Both the position numbers and the translations under genes were made by a program. A stretch of DNA of 64,000 nucleotides, from contig OZ024753.1 in NCBI GenBank assembly GCA_964016885.1, forward strand, positions 3,224,001 to 3,288,000, written 5' to 3'. Origin of the DNA: Eledone cirrhosa (Eukaryota). Below the pieces are notes generated by a model. That model was given only the letters and a program-made list of their open reading frames with translations. It did no database searches and was not told the DNA's origin. The stretch's first letter is position 1, and every line of letters starts with the position of its first letter. Shown in pieces: positions 56,060 through 64,000 of this stretch.

Positions 56060-58804
56060 ATTATTATTAGTGTTATCAATTATCAATATTGGTGATAAAA
56101 TGATGTGCTTGTCAGTATGGTTACAGACAAGCACATCATATGATGTAAAACCACCAATGAAGCCATTAGAGAAACAAGCAGGTATTTTGCAGGGCAATGT
56201 TAGAGAACAAAGCAGGAAATTAATTATTCAATCATATGGATGCTTCAATATACACATGAGTTAGTTCATCCAGCAAAATCTTTCATGAACAACTTCAGTT
56301 TGGATATGCTATTTAGCCCTGCTGACCTCCCAAATTTTTCATGATATTGTGATGAGTAGCACAAGATGCATCTATATAGACCATGTCAGTTTTGAAGCAG
56401 GGCTACTGACCTCCCAGACAGGCCAAGAATTCTGTGTTTCGTCGTAGTTTATTATATCAAGTGCACAGGAAGGGTTGTCTTCTTTTGACACCCCTTGTTT
56501 GGTAAGCCTTCTATGACTTGATGCCATTCCTAAAACCAACCATTTTACATGGGGTACTGTATGTTTTTATCGTGTAGATCACAAGCACTGTGTGTTTGTA
56601 CAAGGACACTGAATCTTGTATGCAGCAATAGAATCCTTATTGGTGCTGGCATCCTTTTTGGTGGATCATTTTGGTGCTGGTGGAGTTAAGAATTTTGTTT
56701 TGCAGGCATGAGGTTCAGTTTTTTATCCCAGAATATGGTTCTTACTTTAAGTGTCTTTCCCTACAGCCATGGACTGGCCTATGTCTTGTGAGGGAAATTT
56801 GATCGAGGGAAATTGTGTGGAAAACTTTGTCTATGTGTCTTCCCTCAACTCATCACTATACATTAGCACCAGTTAACTAGATGCTATGCTTTGTTCATAA
56901 GTACTTGAAATGTTTTCAGGTACCACCCTTGAACATAAGAGTTCACATTAGGAAGGGTATCCAGACATATAATATTGCATAACAAATCTCATTTAGCCAA
57001 TAATATAGCAATTAGACATAAAAATAAAAAGGAAGATGGTACTGAACATTCCTCATTAAGTTTTAACTTTCAGTCACATTTGAGTCAACCTAAGGACAAT
57101 CTCATATTTTGGGATACTCAGGAATACATTATAACAATGTATACATTTTAATGATGGCAGGTTATGACTTGAAGGAGAGCTAACTGTTATTTCTAGCCAG
57201 TCAAGCGACTACATAGATTTTCTCTCATCATAAACTTTGATGAGGTATCAAGTGCAGAGGATGAACTACATAGAACAACAAGAAGAGGATAGGCATAAAT
57301 AATTAAAAATATATATATATATTTATAGCAAGACAAGTTAAAATTGAAGAAGTTTCCAAAAGAGTCAAGTTTGAAATCAGAAACACAGAGAACTGCAATT
57401 TTTCTAACAAGAAGAGTTGATGTTAAATTACATCTCTTGATAAATCTAATGAGATGTTCACAGAAAACAAAATAGAAATAGCTTGGTTTGTAGTTTCTGA
57501 CTTTGAAAAGACATCGACAATAGCAATTATAATAATGTTAATGGCTATGTTGGTCCATGTTTTTATTTTTGCCAGTAGATGGAAAGGAGACAGACAATAA
57601 AATAAAGAAACAACAAAAGAAAAATAAATAATTTGAGAGAAATCACTAAAAATATGAGATTAAAGATTTTGTTAAAATCTTGCATTTTTATTCATTTCGT
57701 TTCTGTTTTATATATTTATTGTATACATTTACAAATAAAATTAGAATGGGAGGAAGAGTAAAGAATATGTAACTCACTTGGACTGCGGAGAAAAAAGAAA
57801 AGCTAAGTCCATTGTTTGACAACAATCTCTGTACAACAGCACAAAAACAAATGTCTAGTCTATATGGCTCCATTTTTTACAGTTATTCAAAAGCAGACTG
57901 CATTATAACAAACTTGGAAGGGAGATTTATGGCGAATTTGATGGAAATTTTTGATTCTTTCACTTGTATGATGTAATTGAATACAAGGGTCTTTTGTGAT
58001 GATGAAGTGCTAGCTGGGTGTTATATGATCTATGTTACACTTTTGGCTAATATAAATAAGTTTCTCTCTCTACATATATATACACACACATATACATATA
58101 TATATATAATATACACATATATATATATATATCCCATTGTGTGTTACACATAGCAATATATTACTGTACTGTCAAGTTCTCTAGAGTAATGCTTAGAAAA
58201 AGATATAGTGTTAGCTGTTGATGGTTTGTATGTGATAAATTTTTATAACAAAACTTTAGCTTTAACTGACAACTCTGTACAGTATAAAATTCAATTTAGC
58301 TAACAATTTCTGTATAGTAATAAAATGAAGTGCTGCTATTATGTAAACTGACAAAAATATTTTGTCATTTTGCATTACTGCTGTAGTGGAGATAGTGTAC
58401 AACCAAGCCATACTTCATTTTCATTTCATACATGACCACCAATCATTACTTACAGATAGGTGAGGCAGGAGATATATGTGACTTAGTCAGAACATTGTAC
58501 AGTGTTAATGATGGGAGAGAAAAATATATGTTTTATACACTGATTTATTCAAACTACTATCCTCATCTTGGTTGTTACAGTCTCAGCAGTTTGAACATTG
58601 TACCTTCTGGCTTTCTTCAGGTGCCTGCCACATTCGATAAAGATTTTAGAATATTGAAAGAATGAGACTGTAATTCAAACCACATGGTTACATTGTTCTC
58701 TTTCTATTGACCATGTTTTGGATGTTTTCATTTTAGTTACAAATTAATTTGTGATGTGCTTAGATACATTAACAAGCAAGTTACATCACATGTAATTAAT
58801 AACT

Positions 58805-59360
58805 TTTTTTTTGCCCACTTATTCCTGAGAGGTTCGTGGGAGTAGAGTCCTCAAATAGTCCTTCCAACAGGTCCTGTCAGAAGCAACCCTCTCCAACTGA
58901 TCCAGCTGGATTGCCAAGTGAGGTCAGCCAAGCACGTGTTGTCCAACTATCTTCCTCGGCATCTACCCCTGAAATTCCCAAAGACTCATACTAGCGTGAA
59001 AGATATATTTTGGCATGGTTTTACCATCTGAATGACCCTCCTAAAGTCCTAAGGTCATTTCATCATGGCCAGTTGATTTTGCCTGTAAAATCTCTCTAGC
59101 AACTTTTTCCTGCCTGACACATTCTAACTACATGCCCATAGTATCGGAGCTGTGATCTCTCAATTTGGGGATGTAGTTGCTGTGATCTCCGAGCAATGAA
59201 TTCACTATCAAGTAACGTTACTCCCAAAACCCTCTGGATGAATCCTATTTCGGCTGCTTGTATTCGCGATTGTATTCTGTCGGTCATTGCCCAAGATTCA
59301 TGACCATAAGTAATTTTTTGTCACGAATACCAAATCGAAGATAGCGAGTTTGGCTTTTAC
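58805..59360 (-). mobile_element. decayed RTE ORF C-terminal fragment
   Basis: LTYGHESWAMTDRIQSRIQAAEIGFIQRVLGVTLLD...IERSQLRYYGHVVRM; related remnants at 61510-61680(-) and 18340-18395(-). Confidence 0.82.
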
Positions 59361-60743
59361 ATACACCTCCCACAAAATGGTAAATATATTTGAAGTTGAA
59401 GGAAAAAATAGAAATTAATCTTTGTTTTCATAAAGGATTCTGAAAATCCTCATTATGTAACTAAAATCATTCAAGCATTCTCTGTCTTGTTCATTTTAAG
59501 CTTCTGTTTTATTGTATTATGACAAATGCAATTTCCTAAAATAACAAAGCTAAAGATTTTCTCAATCTGGCTATCTTTTTTCCTCACAAGTCAAAATACA
59601 CATATATTATTTATATGTATATAAATAATTCATATGTATATATTTATATGTATATATATATATTCGTTTCTGCTTACATATGTTCCAGCATTTGCTCTCT
59701 CTACACATAGTGCCCCAAGTAGATTTTCATGGCACAGGCACTAGGGAGGTTGTCCTGTCCCTGACACAACTTAGGAGTTCTCTCACCCCTTTGCCAGTTT
59801 TCTAACCACCTTGCAGAGTGTACTGACTGCATTTATGGTGTCAACACACAATTGATAGAGATTCTTGTGCCCTTGATGCAAGTAAAATGTCCTTTTAATT
59901 CTTTGGCATAGTTTCTACAGCTGAATACACTTCTTATGACCAACCACCTTATAAGATGTATTGAGTGGATCTTTTTGTGGCACCAGCATTAGAGATGTCA
60001 CCATGTCGTGACTGAACATTCCTCACAATACTTCGGCTTGGTTTATATGGTTGTAAGCTCTTTCTACCCCAACCCTTTACATAATGTACTGGATGCATTT
60101 TATTGTGGCTTCAGCAATAGTAGAAACTGTGAATATGTATATATTAAGCTAAAAAAACTTCCTCATAATTTTACAAAGTTTTGTTATGTTCAAAATGCTA
60201 GTTAATAAACCTTAATATTCATCAACATTTTCAGAATGCTTAAAGAATTATATACATTCTCTTTCTCTAGAAATATGGTAATGAATGGGTAAATATCATT
60301 AAATAAACAAATCTACTGTGAGACATCATTAAATTTATAAAACTTCCTACTTCATTGCAATCATGAAAACTTACTGCCATGTGATGGCTTTCCCTGTCAT
60401 ATGATTAAGTAGTTGTTAAATTAATAATATAAAACTGATTATACAAAGTACAGGAAAGATAGGTACCTCCACATAAACATACATGTTACATATGGTAGTA
60501 CATCTGGCAGGAAATACATGGCTTTCTTAGCTAACTGCTTTATAAACACGATTATATACATTAACTATACAATTTCCAACATTACATTATAGTAATAAAT
60601 AAGTTTGTAGGTTAGAGGATGATAACGTTGGTGTTTAACTTTAATTTCTCTAGCATAAGCACTTATTCACAAGATGGTACTACTTTATTTATTATTTTAC
60701 ACTTGTGTTTTGAATTTGAATTTTATTTAACTGGGTAATTGTG

Positions 60744-60921
60744 CGAGGATTGGCTGAAAAGTTCATAGTCTAACCAAGACACTCTCATGGAATGTCCAAA
60801 TCGGGTTTATTTTTCAACATAGTCCCTGGAAAGAAACAATGTAGTTATTAACGAGAAAAGTTGAAATTAAGGCATGCAAGATTTTAAAGCACAAGCATCC
60901 CGCCTTTTCAGCCCACTCTTG
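60744..60921. mobile_element. mariner-type MITE, inverted relative of 14023-14223
   Basis: cgaggattggctgaaaagttc ... cttttcagcccactcttg; internal tagtccctggaaagaaaca and gcatgcaagattt match the other copy. Confidence 0.75.
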
Positions 60922-63900
60922 TAAGCTTGTATTTTGTTGCTAGGTAGATTTGATAAGGAAGTATTATATACATTGTATCATGCCTCTCATACTACATTGA
61001 GTAAGATTCATGTTGAAAGAATAACTTGCAGGGTTTTTCTTTTGCTAGGATTAATTATGGAGACCACTATTGAGTAAATAGTATCAATTTATCTGGTTTT
61101 ATTTTGTTGTTGGTGTAGAGTTGTATCAGGGAAAATAAATTAGCATTTTCTGTAGGGTCAGACATTTAAGTAAAATGAGTAATTTAAAATAAAGTGTTTT
61201 GCTGAGAAACAACATAACTTCCACACCAGTTATAAATTTACAATAATTTAGTTTGTAGTAATTTATGATATAGTCAGATATTACACATCCATTTATTTGA
61301 ACACGAGTCCTGAACTCATGATGAAATCATAGGGGTGCGATTGTGACATACAGAATATCTTGGAGATTTACATCTGGCAGAACCCATTTTTTTCTATGAC
61401 TGAACAATCAATTTCATCCAGATAAAGAAAGAGAGGCTGAGTTCCAATGATTGGAACTGTGTTGGTGTCTTTATGAATTGCATGTGGGACACAGAGAAGA
61501 GAGCTTACTATCTGGAAAAGTCCTAATCATGCCCATAGTTGTGATATCTTAATTTGGAGAAGTAGCAGCTTTACATGGAGTGACTCTCTGATTTCCAAGC
61601 TACACACTCTATTGAGTGATGTTACTCCAAAGACCTTTCAGAAGAACTCCATTTCGGCCACTTGTATTCATGATTGTATTACAAGTTAAGTTGAAACATT
61701 AAAATAATTCTGATTGGTTACAGTGAGACACTCACCTGGCAGATGTTACCTATCACATTAATAATCTACCTGTCATCCTTTTTCCCTTTTCTACTTCAGT
61801 TTCTCATCCACAAAATTTGCTAGATTCCATTGTGAAAATTCTTATGAATTAACCCTTGTTCTACAATACAAAACTTTATTTTAAGTGTTTTATATCCACC
61901 TAAAAACTTCCCATCATGATCTATGTTAAGTTATGCTCCAAACACCAGTTTAATAATGACAAATTTAGTCATATTACTTAATACCTCCAAATAATTGATT
62001 ATTTTCAAAATTATTTGAAACTTTTAGGTAGTGTCTTTCATTAAAAATCTGATAATAAATTCGTTAACATATGAAAGTGATATTTTGTCAATACCAAGTT
62101 GGCAAAGATATTTAACAATCAGCCGAAATGGGCATTACATCAAGGCTATATCAATGAATTTGTAAAGGAATTGTTTGTTGCTATGATCTATGTGCCAGTG
62201 TTCTTTTAGAATATTCATGTTCCTACCCTCTCCTTTTGCATATATGCAAATAGATAAAAACTTGCTGGATTATATAAAACTTCTAAAATGAAATACATTG
62301 CATTGTTACCTGCATATGTATGAGAGAGAGAGACAGAGAGAGAGAGTGTGTGTGTGTTCACATACAAACATGCATATGTACCAAGTTCTGTAATTTAAAT
62401 TACCCATGATAATTCTTTTCAATTTTACTATTGATATATGTGCACATTGATATTTGATAAATACAAATATATTCTTTGATCACTCTTAGCTCATTAATGA
62501 ATTAATTTTATAATTGTCTTTCGATTAAATTCTTCTTAGAGATCTTCAATGAATAATGTGTGGAAATAACTATTGTTGAAATGTAATGTTGAAATATTCT
62601 CAATATATATGCTACCAATCAATAATGTTATTGTTTCAATTTTTTGTTTGATTTTCCTTTAATAATGATCTTTGAAAATGTCAACTGTAAATGTCATTTG
62701 TAATTCTAACTGCTCTTTTTTAAGAAATATTTTTTTGCATTCTTTACATCAATGAACCTCATACAACGATGTCCTTCCGTTCTGTGTTTTACTTTTTATT
62801 AATAGCATCTGTAATTTCATGGGTTGATATTCAATGTTTCAAATGAGTTGATTATTTTGTATGTATAAAAGACGTAAATTTTGGACTTTATAAAAGAATT
62901 AACCTGATTATTCATTCTATAAAGCATATAGTCATGGTATAAGTTTGATAAAATAGTAGAATGTTTTAAACAATTCTTATAAATAAATAAATACAAACAT
63001 GAAGTCTAGCAGTTGAATTATATAAAACACAAAAATCTCAATCATGATATTTTCCAAGAAATTTGTATGCAAAAAACATCTATTGACGATTTCAATATCC
63101 AACTTAAAAAATACAGTATTATAAACTCATTTATATGTTTGTCTGTTACGAATAGAAAATAGAACAAAGCAGCAAATATACAAGAATAATTTAGATTATA
63201 TTCATATCAATACAATATAAACATTATTGAATTTTCCTGGAATGTTTTCTTAATGATATTAATAAGAATCAATACACTTTAATTTATACAACAGTATAAT
63301 GTAAAAGCTCTTGCTTTTGGTTCTTGTAGTGATTTGATCATCTTGATCACTATCGTTTTGTAATTCATATTTCGATGTTTGCATGGATGGGATGCGATAG
63401 GTTTTTTTCTAGCAGGTTTTCTAGGCCCAGATGCTCTTCCTGATGCCCTCAGCACTGGATTTATTAGGGGTAGTGGAGACAAATACTCTGCTCCCAACCA
63501 CATCCAAAGGAATCCCTCTCTAAACAGGGTCCCATCTTCTATCTCTCTCTCTTCCTGCTTATATATATATATATATATTAGTAAAAAGGAAAAGAAAATG
63601 CTGACAAATTTTTCCCAGTGAATATATCACAACTCGTGTGTCACACCTCTATTTTTTTAAATATATATATATATAAGAGAGAGAGAGAGTTATATTATAT
63701 ATATATAAGTGTTATATGAGAGGCCTACTAAATTTAAACTCCAGGCCTCGAAGATCTAAATCTGGTTCTGGATGCCCTCCCAGACTTTAATCTACATATT
63801 GTACATACTAATAGCAGTTGACAAATCACTTCACTGCAGGATATGTTTATGGGGAACATAATAATCTGTCACTGCAGGTTTTATAATCAGAATCTATATA

Positions 63901-64000
63901 AGCTTATGTTGTAACTGGAATACACAACCACCCACACACAGACACAGATAAATAGGTGTGCTTCATTCATATGGCATGAGTCTGCCTGTGGCTATAGCTG

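Noticed and set aside
58578-58675. Minus-strand cctgaagaaagcc...gttcaaac hammerhead-like remnant within an 11-bp inverted repeat
   Set aside because: GAAA core and stems are broken; at most a decayed Penelope-type end.

Overview
Very AT-rich, microsatellite-saturated eukaryotic DNA with no supportable protein-coding host gene. The repeat repertoire (abundant (TA)n/(CA)n, tRNA-derived SINEs, RTE-clade LINE 3' fragments with (GAT)n tails) looks like an invertebrate, probably cephalopod/octopus, intron or intergenic region; the organism is an inference. Almost every ORF in the track is an artefact of simple or tandem repeats. The only real protein-like sequence belongs to 5'-truncated RTE-clade non-LTR retrotransposons (cleanest at 39.5-40.0 kb). 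Main structures: a ~9.3 kb 46/48-bp minisatellite (42.3-51.6 kb) with variant patterning and a 1602-bp higher-order duplication, joined through a direct+inverted rearrangement to a 62-bp minisatellite; about ten copies of one SINE family, some with clear target-site duplications; mariner-, piggyBac- and Helitron-type non-autonomous elements; and a cluster of long fold-backs at 34.6-36.1 kb. The most interesting candidates are two type I hammerhead-ribozyme folds (39384-39454 minus, near-canonical; 2455-2499 plus, variant) and two minus-strand splice motifs (a 5-nt microexon-like site and an AG|GT recursive-site motif). I do not see evidence for a wholly new multi-gene system.
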